DNA from: Candidatus Vampirococcus lugosii
GTDB taxonomy: Bacteria > Patescibacteriota > Gracilibacteria > Absconditabacterales > Absconditicoccaceae
NCBI RefSeq assembly: GCF_018420025.1
Contig: NZ_JAEDAM010000007.1
Location: 1 to 24,935, forward strand
Direction of reading: 5' to 3'
DNA length: 24,935 nt
Part shown: one piece after another, positions 1 to 11,137 of the stretch
Position numbering within the stretch: position 1 is the first letter of the stretch
How the letters are laid out: each line of letters starts with the position of its first letter
Notes under the pieces: model-generated
The model's input: only the letters and a program-made list of their open reading frames with translations
Told to the model about the DNA's origin: nothing
Databases searched by the model: none
Position numbers and translations under genes: made by a program

Positions 1-1473
1 AACAAAGACAAAGAACTTAACAAAAAAAGATGATTAGCTGAAGATACTATTACAGACAATCTTATTATCAAATGAAATAATTTACTTGATTTGCATTCAT
101 TAAAAAAACAATTTGCTGGTAAAATAAAATTGATCTATATAGACCCACCTTATAATACTGGAAATGATAGTTTTGGTTATAATGATAGATTCAATCACTC
201 AACTTGGCTTACTTTTATGAAAAATAGACTGGAAGTTGCAAGAGAATTATTGAAAGATGATTGAGTTATATTTGTGCAATGTGATGATAATGAACAAGCA
301 TATTTAAAAGTTTTGATGGATGAAGTTTTTGGTAATGAAAATTTTGTTTCTGATATAGCTGTTAGGTCTTCAACTCCTAGTTGATTAAAAACAACACACA
401 AGGAAAAAACTATAATTAAACAAAGAGATAGTATAATTTTTTTTACAAAAAAAATAAATTATTTAAGAATAAATCCACAGTATTATAGAAAAGAATATTG
501 GGATAGTCATTATATGTATTTTTTTGATAGAGATAATAATGAAGTTTTAAAATTAAAAGATATTTTACTTAAAAAGTGATTAATTAGTAAAAATCAAAAA
601 TTAAATAATCTAAATATTAATGATATTAATTTCAAAGAATTTTATAAAAAAAATAAATTAAATATTTTTAGAACTGCACCAGAAATGCCAGAAAAGATAA
701 AAAAAGATTCTAAATTAAATCCTAACAAAATAATTGAATATTGAAATGAAAATCAAAAACAATTTGCTTGGAATGGTAATAGAATGACTTTTATAGATAA
801 AGCAATGAAGATTGTTGATTGAGAAGAAGTTTTAGCAAACTTATTGTGTGATTTTTGGTGAGATATTGATTTTCAAAATACACAAAATGAATGATGAGTG
901 AGTTTAAAATCTTGAAAAAAACCAGAAAAATTATTACAAAGAATAATAGAACTTTCAACTAATCCTTGAGATATAGTCTTGGATTATCACTTATGAAGTG
1001 GGACAACTACTGCCGTTGCTCACAAGATGCAAAGACAATATATAGGAATAGAACAAATGGACTACATACAAGATATTACAGTTGAGAGGATGAAAAAAGT
1101 TATAGAATGAGAACAAGGCTGAATTAGTAAAAATATAGATTGGCAATGATGATGAAATTTTGTATATATGGAAACTATGGAATCAAATCAAACTTTTGTA
1201 AATAATATAAAATCTACTGAAGATAAACAAGAACTTATTAAAATATATGAACAAATCAAACAAACTTGATTTATAAATTATAATATCAATATAAAATCAA
1301 TTGATGAAAATATACAAGAATTTGAAAACTTGAGTATAGAAAATATGAAAAAATTCTTGATATCATTGCTTGATAAAAATCTATTGTATGTAAATTACAG
1401 TGAGATAGAAGATGAAACTTATAATGTAAGTAATGAAGATAAGAGGTTGAATGATGAGTTTTATAATAATTAG
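1..1473 (+). CDS. mod: Type III restriction-modification DNA methyltransferase (Mod, N6-adenine), 5' end outside the window
   Basis: Frame 1 is open to TAG 1471-1473 if TGA=Gly. Motif IV DPPYN at 142-156. Motif I HLGSGTT at 988-1008, with the first G encoded by TGA 994-996. Also IIKGNNL, DDGVIFV, NEGGVSLKSGKKPEKLLQRII, NPGDIVLD and a C-terminal GGGNFVYME. The IV-then-I motif order is typical of beta-class type III Mod. Confidence 0.93.
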
Positions 1474-1499
1474 AATTTTTAAAAAATAAAGAATTAGTT

Positions 1500-2531
1500 A
1501 TGAAAAAAGAATTAGTAAATTCAAAAATTGATAGACAAAATATTTTAAATAATAATCTTGCAATAAATCAAATTCAAGAGCAAATTTGAATGAAATGATT
1601 TAAATTTGAATGAAAAATTTGGTTTACAAAAGAAGAAGTAACTAACTTTTTTGAAGTTACAAGAAAAACAATAGATAATTATTTAGAATCAAATGAAGAA
1701 GAATTAAGAAAAAATTGATATGAAATTTTTACAGGAAAAAGGCTTAAAGAAGCCAAAGAAGAGTTTAAGAGGGAAATTGATTACCCTCTATTTTGACAAG
1801 AAAACGGCTTATTAAAGGCAAAATCTAATTTATGAATGTTTGACTTCCGTAGTTTTTTAAATCTCTGAATGATTTTAAAAGAAAGTAAAAAAGCAGTTAA
1901 ATTAAGACAAATAATTCTTGATATTACTATTGATACAATCAATAAAAAAACTTGATGAAATACAAAATATATTAATAAAAGAGATATAGAATTTTTAGAA
2001 AGTTCTTTTAAATGAGAAAATTATAGACAAAAATTTACAGATGCTTTGAAAAACTATGTAGATATGTGAAATATTAAATATCCTATTTTTACTGATAAAG
2101 TATATGAAGTTGCTTTTTTAGAAAAAGCTAAAGAATATAAAAAAATATTAAATTTAAAAGCCAAAGATAATTTAAGAGAAACATTTTATACTGAAGTTTT
2201 AAATGCTATTGCTTGTATAGAAAACTGAATTGCAGATGAATTGGAAAAAAAAAGTCAAATTTTATGAAGAAAATTAAATCAAGTAGAAACAGAAGATATA
2301 TTTAATGAAGTTTGAAATAATTCATTTTTAAAACCACAAATTGAAGACATTAGAAATAAAATGGCTAGTCGTGATTTATGTTTTAGAGATGCTTATCATA
2401 ATAAACTTGAAAAATATATTAGTGAAGTTTGAATTGAAGATTTTGAGAAATTTATTTGAGAAAAAAGTAAAGACTTTGAAGAAATATTGAAAGATACAAG
2501 TGATGTTATTAAAAGATTAAAAAATAAATAA
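1500..2531 (+). CDS. Hypothetical helix-turn-helix DNA-binding protein (RhuM/antirepressor-like, 343 aa) embedded in the R-M operon
   Basis: ATG 1500 to TAA 2529-2531, with 20+ in-frame TGA and no TAA/TAG. Likely N-terminal HTH (WFTKEEVTNFFEVTRKTIDNYLESN). The segment LGMFDFRSFLNLGMILKESKKAVKLRQIILDI resembles the RhuM/Bro/KilAC-type core from memory. The rest looks helical. Function is not established. Confidence 0.6.
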
Positions 2532-2532
2532 T

Positions 2533-3003
2533 ATGATTATGAAAATAAATTATCCTGATATAGACAAATTGATAGAGTTTCATTATAAAATAATCCAACT
2601 TTGATTAGATAAATGAGAATGATGAAGTTTTGGTTTTTTATGATGAAAAGATAAATCCGATTTAAATAGTATAATTGAATTTATTAAAAATGATGATCAT
2701 TATCCCAAATTAGAAGATAAAATCACTCATTTGATGTTTTCTATAAATAAAAATCATATTTTTGTAGATTGAAACAAAAGAAGTAGTATTTATTTTTCAG
2801 CTTATTTTTTATCTTTAAATATTTCTGATAATGATTTAGTAAAAAGATATATTAGAGAATTAGAAGATATTACAGTATATGTAGCAGATAATAAAATTTC
2901 TAAAAATTTATTATGAGAAATAATAAATAGTATATTAAATTATGAAGAATATAATGAAGAATTAAAACTAAAAATTTTTAATTCAATAAATTTAAAGTGG
3001 TAG
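2533..3003 (+). CDS. Fic/Doc family protein (death-on-curing-type toxin, 156 aa)
   Basis: ATG 2533 lies 1 nt after the upstream stop; TAG at 3001-3003. Doc-type Fic motif HIFVDGNKR at 2755-2781, with G encoded by TGA 2770-2772. Size is typical of Doc toxins. Confidence 0.82.
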
Positions 3004-3072
3004 TTGCAAAAAATACAACAACCAATAAACAAAAAATGATATGACTTGTTTTATTATTATTAAAATAACAAA

Positions 3073-5685
3073 ATGCAAAATCAACAATTCCTATATCAAA
3101 AACTTAACACACTCTCAGAGATGTGAGCTTTAAAAAAAGATATTCCACTTTATATAAATTCAAATTTAAATCCAAATTTTGAAATAAGAGATTATCAAAA
3201 AGAAGCTTTTGCAAGATTTTCTTATTATCTTAATGATTTTCCAAATAAAAAAATACCTATTCATTTACTTTTCAATATGGCAACTTGAAGTGGTAAAACT
3301 TTCATAATGGCAAGTTTGATCTTGGAACTTTATGAAAAATGATATAGAAATTTTTTGTTTTTTGTAAATTCCACAAATATTATTGAAAAAACAAAAGATA
3401 ACTTTGTAAATAATAATTCATCAAAATACCTTTTTAATCAAAAAATAAGTTTTGATAATAAACAAATAAATATTAAAGAAGTTGATAATTTTACAACATC
3501 TCATACTGATGATATAAATATAAAATTCACTACAATACAGTGATTACATATGGATTTAACTTTTCCAAAAGAAAATGGACTTACTTATGAAGATTTTAAA
3601 GACAATAAGATAGTAATACTTTCTGATGAAGCTCATCATATAAACAGCACTACCAAAAAATCAAAATTAAATAAAACTGAAGAACTACAAAAGTCTTCTT
3701 GGGAGCAAACAGTAATGAATATATTAAAATCTCATAAAGATAATTTACTTTTAGAATTTACTGCAACAGTTGATTTACAAAATGAAAATATAGCAGAAAA
3801 ATATCTTGATAAGATTATCTATAAATATGATCTAAAACAATTTAGACTTGATGGTTATTCTAAAGAGGTTGATATTCTCAAAGCTGATATGGAACAAGAT
3901 GATAGGATATTGCAAGCAATTATACTTAGTCAGTATAGGTTGAAAGTAGCAGAAAAAAATAGAATTTACTGTAAGCCTGTAATTTTATTTAAAGCTCAAA
4001 AAACTATAGCAGAAAGTCAAACAAATCTTGAAAACTTTAATCAACTTATAAAAAACTTGAAAGTAGAAGATTTGGAGAAAATACAAAATACAACAAATGA
4101 AAAAGTTTTATTAAAAGTATTTAACTTCTTTGAAGAAAATAATCTATCTTTGCAAGATATAACAAATGAATTAAAGCAAGATTTTGCAGAAGAAAATTGT
4201 ATAAGTGCAAATGATGATAAGCAAGCAGAAAAAAATCAAATCTTATTAAATACTTTGGAAGAAAAAAATAATAGAATAAGAGCTATATTTGCAGTTCAAA
4301 AGTTAAATGAATGATGGGATGTATTAAACCTTTTTGATATAGTAAGACTTTATGATTCAAGAAGTAATGTGATAGATAAAAAAACTTGAAAAGTAAAAGT
4401 ATGACCCCAAACAATGTCAGAAGCACAACTTATATGAAGATGAGCAAGATATTTTCCATTTACTACAGATAAAGCTATTTGAGAAAGTAAATATAAAAGA
4501 AAATTTGATAAAAAAGATGATGAAGAATTAAAGATACTTGAAACATTTTATTATCATACAAGTTTTGATAATCTTTATATTACAGAGATTAAACAAGCAT
4601 TGAAAGATACTTGAATGATGGATGAAGAAGAAAAAAAAGACTTTACAATAAAACTTAAAGATAGTTTCAAAAAATCTAACTTTTATAAAAACTGATATAT
4701 CTATACTAACAAAAGAAAAGAAAAAGATAATCAAGAAGTTTCAAGTTTGGAAGAAGTATGAATGAAAATAGAAAGATTTGAATTTACTCTTCATACTGGT
4801 AAAAGTTGAGCAGTTCAAGTTTTTGAAAGTAGTGAAAATCCATCTTGAGAAAAGATAGAAAAAGAGCCTAAAAGTTTTCAAATCAAAGATATAGATATAA
4901 GAATTATCAAAAAAGCAATACAACAAAATGATTTTTATAAATTTGATAACTTAAAAAAATATATATGAAAACTTAAAAGTATTGAAGATTTTATAACAAA
5001 TTATAGATATCTTTCATCTAAAAGAATTGATTTATATAGTTCAAAAGATGTTTTAGAAAATTTAAGTAATGATGACTTATTAAAAGCAGTGTCTTCATTA
5101 TTAAAATCTATGGAAAATGAGATAAAACAACAAGAAACAAAATATGAATGAACTACTATGTTTGATGCAAAATCAATACAAGAAATGTTTAAAGAAAAAA
5201 CAATAAAAGTATCTTCTTATGAAGATTATACAAAAAATCAAGATTGGTTTGTCTTTGATAAAATAACCGCAACTAGTGAAGAAAAGTATCTTGTAGAGCT
5301 ATTTGAAAAGAAAATACAAGAATTGAATGATAAATATGAAGATATATATCTAATAAGAAATGAAAGACATTTTGCTATATATTCTTTTGAAGATGGTGAT
5401 AGATTTGAACCTGATTTTGTTCTATTTATGAAAGAAAAACAAACTAAAAAACCTTTAACTTATCAAATATTTATAGAGCCTAAATGAAGTCAGTTTAAAG
5501 ATGCAGAATGATTATTTTGAAATTCAAAAGAAGCTTGGAAAGAAAAATTTTTATCTTGAATAGATGAAAAAGCAGAAATAATAGATTCTAATTTTGGTAA
5601 TTATAAATTGATATGATTGCCTTTATATAATAAAGATTTAGAAAGTGATTTTGAAGAAGCTTTTGATGATAGATTTGGTAAATAA
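3073..5685 (+). CDS. res: Type III restriction endonuclease Res subunit (SF2 helicase plus C-terminal PD-(D/E)xK nuclease, 870 aa)
   Basis: ATG 3073 to TAA 5683-5685. Motif I MATGSGKT, with G encoded by TGA 3286-3288. DEAH box at 3625-3636. KLNEGWDVLNLFDIVRL and QLIGRGARY (motifs V/VI). C-terminal nuclease-like FEPDFVLF...IFIEPKG. It joins three separate standard-code ORFs (3355-3543, 3550-4314, 5158-5487) in one frame. Confidence 0.93.
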
Positions 5686-5806
5686 TTTATTTTTGATATA
5701 AATTTATAGTATAGAGAATATTTTATATATAGAAAATATGTAATAAATTTTTTATTTAAGTCAAAAGAAAAATATTAACAAATAAATAGTAAAAAAATTA
5801 ATATAT

Positions 5807-6691
5807 TTATTTACAATTATTTAAATTTGGTATTTTTCATTGTGTTAATCATGAATTTTTATTAAAATCAGAACAATATTTTGCATTTTTAAGATTCCAA
5901 GAACTTATATCTCTATCAAATTCTATAGCTCAATTAAATATATAACTTATATTATCTACATCACTTACATCCCAATTTCATATATTTTGATTAAAAGAAA
6001 TTGCTCATCTAAACATATTACTCATATTTTTAACATTACTTACATCCCAATTTCATATATTTTGATTAAAAGAACTTGCTTTTCAAAACATACTATTCAT
6101 ATTAATTACATTACCAACATCCCACTTTCATATTTCTTGATCAAAAGATCTAGCTCATCTAAACATATTACTCATATCTTTTACATTACTTACATCCCAA
6201 CTTCATATATGAGAATTAAATAAATTATTTCATCTAAACATATTACTCATATTTTCTACATTACTTGTATTCCATTTTCATAAATATTGACTAAAAGAAC
6301 TTGCTCACCTAAACATATTACTCATATCTTTTACATTACTTACATCCCAACTTCATACATCTTCATTAAAAAATTCTGCTCAATATTTCCAATCTTCAAA
6401 TAATCATTTTTCAAGTTCATCAAATCATGACATATCTTCAATATTACTAGTACATGCCGTGCTTAAATCTTTTCATTGTTTTATCCATTCTAATAATATT
6501 CATCTATTTATTACAGTATACATTTTTCAATTTAAAACTTTTGTTTCCAAAGTATCTTTTCATCTACAATAAATAATTCAATCATTTTCTTCCCAAGAAT
6601 TATTACTAACATTACTACTATTACTATCATTAGAAATTTTAAATAATAACATTATAATAATAATTATTATTATTAATGCTTTTTTATTCAT
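5807..6691 (-). CDS. DUF285 / BspA-family leucine-rich-repeat surface protein with N-terminal signal/anchor (294 aa)
   Basis: ATG (complement of 6689-6691) to TAA (complement of 5807-5809); 885 nt. N-terminus MNKKALIIIIIIIMLLF. About 6.5 copies of a 25-aa unit, F(N/D)QxIGxWDVSNVxNMSNMFRGAxS, which is the DUF285 consensus. Several conserved G residues are TGA. Confidence 0.85.
5900..6375 (-). repeat. In-frame tandem array of ~75-nt units (coding DUF285 repeats)
   Basis: The core catattactcatat..ttacattacttacatcccaa.ttcata recurs at about 6015, 6090, 6165, 6240 and 6315. A 49-nt block is identical at 6169-6217 and 6309-6357. Array boundaries are approximate. Confidence 0.8.
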
Positions 6692-6902
6692 ATTTTTTAT
6701 ATAATTACTATAAATAATTTAATCATAGATTTTAAAAATGTATTAAAATAAATTGATATATTATAATATTAATATTTATTTTTTCAAGCTAAAGTTGCTA
6801 TTACATAAAGTAACAGTTAGTTTAGTTTATTAAATAACTTGCTTTTTTTTATTAAATTATTATAATTTATATATATTTAATATTGAAATTAAATATATAT
6901 TT

Positions 6903-7928
6903 ATGAGCAATACAAATGTTATAGAAAAAGAGGATATAAATCAAATTCAAGTAATAATAAATAAAAAACTTGAATGAGGTAGTTTGGAAATAATTGAATT
7001 AGATAAAAATGAAGTAAAACAAATAGATGATACTTTTGATAATATTAAAGATTTTAGAAGTTTATGAGAAAAAATAACCTCACCTGTAGATAATATAATT
7101 AATGAAACATCAAAAGTTATAAAATCTGATTTAATTATGAATACATCAAATAAATTAGAAACAGTAAATTATGATATTCAAAAAGTTTATGAAAAAATAG
7201 TAAATGAAGATTGAGCAATTTTAAGATTTTTGAAATCTATACCATTAATAGGTAATATTATTTCATATTTTATGAAAAAAAAATATAATATGAAAGAAAT
7301 TAAATGACAAATAGAAAATATTTTTTCTTGATTTGATCAATCTTATGAAAGTTTAAATAAATCTATTTATATACAAAAAAACTTTTTGGATAGTCTAGAA
7401 AAAAATCTTTGAAAAATAAATAATTATCAAAAATTTATTGATAAAAGATTAATAAATCTTGAAGAAAAATATAAAAATGAAATAGATAAAGATCAAAAAG
7501 GAAAATATAAAGTATTTATTGAACAAGTAGAATATTTTTTACAAAATATAAGAATTCTTATAGGAAATTTGGAACTTGCTAGGAAAAGAATTCTTACAAG
7601 ATTAGATTCTACAATAAAGCTTTCTTTATCTATGAATAATTCAAGACCTATATTTAAAACAATTATTAATGTGGCAATCTTGGAAACAAGTTGACAACAA
7701 GCTCTTGATGCAAGTTCTAAATATATGGAAGCAATGTGAAATGCTTTGGAAAGTATATCAGAAGATATACTTGAAGATAAAACTGAACATAAAAATGTTG
7801 AAGATAAAAATGAAGATAATTCAAATAATGAAGATAAATTAGTTGAAAATGTAAAAAAACTTAAAAATAATTTTGATGAAATTGAATGATACAGAAAAGA
7901 AATTGTAAAACAAACTCAAGAAGTTTAA
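6903..7928 (+). CDS. TelA-like (toxic anion resistance family) protein, 341 aa
   Basis: ATG 6903 to TAA 7926-7928. All-helical, coiled-coil-rich. The segment order resembles TelA/YceH from memory (LRFLKSIPLIGN..., GQIENIFSGFDQSYESLNKSIYIQKNFLDSLEKN..., LARKRILTRLDSTIKLSLSMNNSRPIFKT...). Family assignment needs an HMM check. Confidence 0.6.
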
Positions 7929-7960
7929 AAAAAATTTATTAACTAAATAATTAAATAAAA

Positions 7961-9004
7961 ATGTGATTTATGGACTTTTTTTGATGACAATTTATTGATA
8001 TTATCAATTGGGAAAATCCTGAAGAATTTCTTCTTGTTAAGAAATTTGATAGACCATTAGATGAAATTAAAAATAATTCTACTTTGATAGTAGATCCTTG
8101 ATATGCAGCTATATTTGTACATAATTGAAAAATAGAAGCTATACAAGATACACCTTGACAATGGACATTAGATACTGAAAATATTCCTTTTATTACATCT
8201 TTCAAAAATATACTTAGATGACTTGAATCTCCAGATAAAGCTGCTGTATATTTTTTGAAAACAACGGAAATAAGTAATCAAAAATGGGGAACTAAAAATC
8301 CTGTAAAATATGTAGATCCTGTATATAATTTTCCTATTAAACTTAGAGCTTTTTGAAATTTTACATTCAAAATATCAAATATAGAGTATTTTTGGACTCA
8401 ATATATATGAACAAGAAACGAAGTTACAGTTGATGAAATAAAAGCTACTATTGTAGATAGAATGTTACAACTTATAACAGATTCTTTTGCTGAAGTATGA
8501 TTGTCTTACAACAACATAGATTCAAATAGAATGGAAATAGCTGAAGAACTTTTCAAAAAAGTAAATGATAATATATGAAATTTATGAATTCATCTTACAG
8601 ATTTTAGAATAGAAGATACAAACTTTAGTGATGATACAGAAAGATTAATTGCAAAAATAGCAGAACAAACTGCAAATGTAAATACTATAAATCAATTACA
8701 AAATGTTAATCAACAAGCTATGCAAAATTATAAAACAACTAGACAACTTGATGCTATGGAAAAAGCAGCTGAAAATGAGTGAGCAGCTTGAGGTATGATG
8801 TGAACTTTTGTAGGAATGAATATGGGTAATCAAGCTAATGCTATGGGTAATATCAATGAACAAGATAATTATTGACAAAACAATAATTCTTGACAAGAAA
8901 GTTTGGAAGATAAATTAATGAAATTAAAAAATCTTCTTAATAAAGAACTTATAAGTGAAGAAGAATATAATGAAAAAAAGAAAGATATATTAAAATGATT
9001 TTAA
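7961..9004 (+). CDS. SPFH/Band-7 domain protein of the YdjI (virion-core-like) type with C-terminal SHOCT domain, 347 aa
   Basis: ATG 7961 to TAA 9002-9004. The N-terminus MGFMDFFGGQFIDIINWENPEEFLLVKKF matches the conserved MGxxDkxxGEFIDxIEW start of YdjI-like proteins. The C-terminus LEDKLMKLKNLLNKELISEEEYNEKKKDIL is a SHOCT-type motif. Confidence 0.82.
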
Positions 9005-9005
9005 A

Positions 9006-9335
9006 ATGAAATATAGACCAGATTGAAAACAATTTATAGCAGATATATGGTTTGAAGATAATATACCAAATATAGATAATTTTGTTCAAAAAATTACAAA
9101 TTGAGTAAAACTTAATATAGTAGATAAATATTCTTACAATTTTTGAATTTGAGAAACTATAATTTATATATTATCTGAAAGCCATTTTGCTATACATACA
9201 TATCCAGAATATAATTATATATCAATTGATATATACACTTGTTGAAAATCAAATCCCTATGATGCAGAACAAATTATAAAGGAAAGTTTTTCTGTGAAAA
9301 AAATAAATATACATAAATTACAAAGATGAATATAA
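9006..9335 (+). CDS. speD: S-adenosylmethionine decarboxylase proenzyme, small bacterial class (109 aa)
   Basis: ATG 9006 lies 1 nt after the SPFH stop; TAA at 9333-9335. The self-processing/pyruvoyl signature [25 protein letters not shown] matches (E)SH..(I)HT(W/Y)PE....(D)(V/I)(F/Y)TCG. Confidence 0.82.
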
Positions 9336-9374
9336 ATAATATTATTTTAATATATTAAATTAAATTATATAAAA

Positions 9375-10043
9375 ATGGAAATTACTTGTCCATCTTGTTG
9401 AGCAAGACATAATATACAAGCAGGTATGCTATCTGTTGTTTGTGAATATTGCAATAATATAATGAAAATTGAAAGAGATGAAGTTGTAGAAACTTGACAA
9501 AAAAGTTTTATATTACCATTTCCAACAGTTTTTGATGTTTGAAAATATTTTTATGTTATAGAAAATAAAAAATCAAACGATAAATTATTTTGAAAAAATG
9601 TTGAATATATATCTGATAAAGAACTTTATGAAAGAAAATTAAAAGATTATATAGCAAAATTATATGTATATTGACAAATAAGATATACAAATGATGGCTG
9701 ATTTTGGGATGATTGGTTTGTAAGAATTTTGGAAAATAAAAAGGATATAGATAGAAATAAAAATTTTGTAATTAAAGAAAATGAATGACTTATAAATATA
9801 CAATATATATCAAAAATACAAGAAGATATAAATCATGAAATATTTAGTAAATCTGTATGATTAAGTTATAATGGTTATTTCATACAAGAAATATGAACTG
9901 CAAGTATAGAATGATTTAAGTGAGATTTCCCTTTTTTTGTAGATAATCAAGATAATAGTAAATATGTTGATTTAGTTGCACAAAATACAACGGCAGAATA
10001 CAAAATCATATGAAATAATACTTTATTTTTACAAGGAATTTAA
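9375..10043 (+). CDS. Zinc-ribbon plus DUF4178-like protein, 222 aa
   Basis: ATG 9375 to TAA 10041-10043. N-terminal CPSCG..x..CEYCNN zinc ribbon. Central GQIRYTNDGGFWDDWFV resembles the DUF4178 core (G.i.Y....W.Ew.l). Family call is from memory only. Confidence 0.6.
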
Positions 10044-10123
10044 ATTATCAAAAATAAATTTAAAAGATCGGGAATATAATTGTTAGTAACAATATAAATA
10101 TTTATTATACAAAAATTAATTCT

Positions 10124-10161
10124 AAAAAAAATAGGGTAGTTAAACATAACTCTATTTTTTT
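10124..10161. terminator. Putative bidirectional rho-independent terminator between convergent genes
   Basis: An A-run (10124-10131), an imperfect hairpin atagGGTagtt-aaac-ataactctat, then a T-run (10154-10161). It lies between the DUF4178-like stop (10043) and the Hsp20 stop (10178). Confidence 0.45.
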
Positions 10162-10177
10162 ATTATTATAAATAATT

Positions 10178-10513
10178 TTAATCTAATTCTATTTTTAATT
10201 TTTCTGGAATAATTATTTTAGGAACTATTATTAATAATATATTTTCTCAAGTGAATTTAGTTTGTATTTTATCAAAATAAACATTTTGAGGTAGTGGTAT
10301 AGTATTACTAAAAGATCATCGAAAACATTCTTGTTTAACTGCTTCTAATGTATCTTTCAAATCTGGCAAAACTCTCTCTCATTTTATAAAAAGATCAGTT
10401 CTTTCCAAAAAAACTTCTATACTTTTTTTATTTACTCATCACAAAGGAGCTATAATAACAATTTCTTGTTCTGAATCATAAATATCTATAGGTATATCTA
10501 TCTTTTCTGACAT
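10178..10513 (-). CDS. Hsp20/alpha-crystallin family small heat-shock protein, 111 aa
   Basis: ATG (complement of 10511-10513) to TAA (complement of 10178-10180). DIYDSEQEIVIIAPLGGVNKKSIEVFLERTDLFIKGER ... CFRGSFSNTIPLPQNVYFDKIQTKFTGENILLIIVPK matches the ACD pattern (A.LPGV, G.F.R...LP, G.L.I..PK). Confidence 0.85.
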
Positions 10514-10540
10514 CTAAAAGATTAATTAATTAAAAAAACA

Positions 10541-11119
10541 TTATTTATTATTATAAATACTTATTACATTTTGTATCTGCAATTTTAAATTATCAGGATC
10601 TTTTACATAAAAAATGTGTATATCTCAAGTACTTGAACTATCTCATTCAGACAAAAATTGCATATTACCATAATTAAATATACTTCTCAATATTCAATTT
10701 TTTTCTACAGATATAGTTTTTAATTTTCTAACACTAATACTAACAGAATCTCTAGTAAACATTCAAGTTTGATCATAATGAATAATATCATCAGGAGTAA
10801 CTATAGTAAAATCCATCAAATAATCCATTAATTTTTTTAATAATTTCCATCAATAAATAATAAATGATAAAAGAAATATAATTAAAAAAAAGTAAAATTT
10901 GATAGAATTTAATGAATCATCAGAAAAATCTATAATATATCAAATATACAACCAAATTGAAATCAAAAAAATATATAAAAAAGATGGTATTAAAATATAT
11001 AATATAAGATATATTTTATATCTAAAAAATAATAATACATTAGATTTTCAATATTTTTTAGTATATTCTTCATATAAATCATAAGATAAATTTGTATCAA
11101 AACTTGATAATATTTTCAT
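10541..11119 (-). CDS. Hypothetical membrane protein (two TM helices plus a C-terminal bPH/YdbT-like domain?), 192 aa
   Basis: I checked all 192 codons by hand and found no TAA/TAG between ATG (complement of 11117-11119) and TAA (complement of 10541-10543). Hydrophobic stretch LILYILIPSFLYIFLISIWLYIGYII...FFLIIFLLSFIIYGW. The domain guess is weak. Confidence 0.6.
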
Positions 11120-11137
11120 TAATTTAATAATTAATTA

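Noticed and set aside
195-401. Antisense track ORFs inside mod, res and the SPFH gene (195-401, 4528-4734, 4741-4926, 7951-8205, 8696-8896)
   Set aside because: All lie opposite strongly supported sense genes and have low-complexity translations.
5987-6223. Track ORF of 78 aa on the plus strand
   Set aside because: It is antisense to the DUF285 repeat gene. Its repetitive low-complexity translation is a by-product of the repeats.
5900-6375. Possible CRISPR array or non-coding satellite, given the regular ~75-nt periodicity
   Set aside because: The units are contiguous with no unique spacers. They are in frame on the minus strand and encode the DUF285 25-aa repeat. There are no cas genes.
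6692-6902. Possible small RNA or terminator-like hairpin (…gttgctattacataaagtaacag… / …aacttgctttttttt) in the DUF285/telA-like divergent spacer
   Set aside because: The stems are short and imperfect, and the region is AT-rich with no GC-rich structured core. The evidence is insufficient to call a feature.
10899-11084. Track ORF of 61 aa on the plus strand
   Set aside because: It is antisense to a minus-strand ORF that I verified codon by codon as 192 codons free of TAA/TAG.
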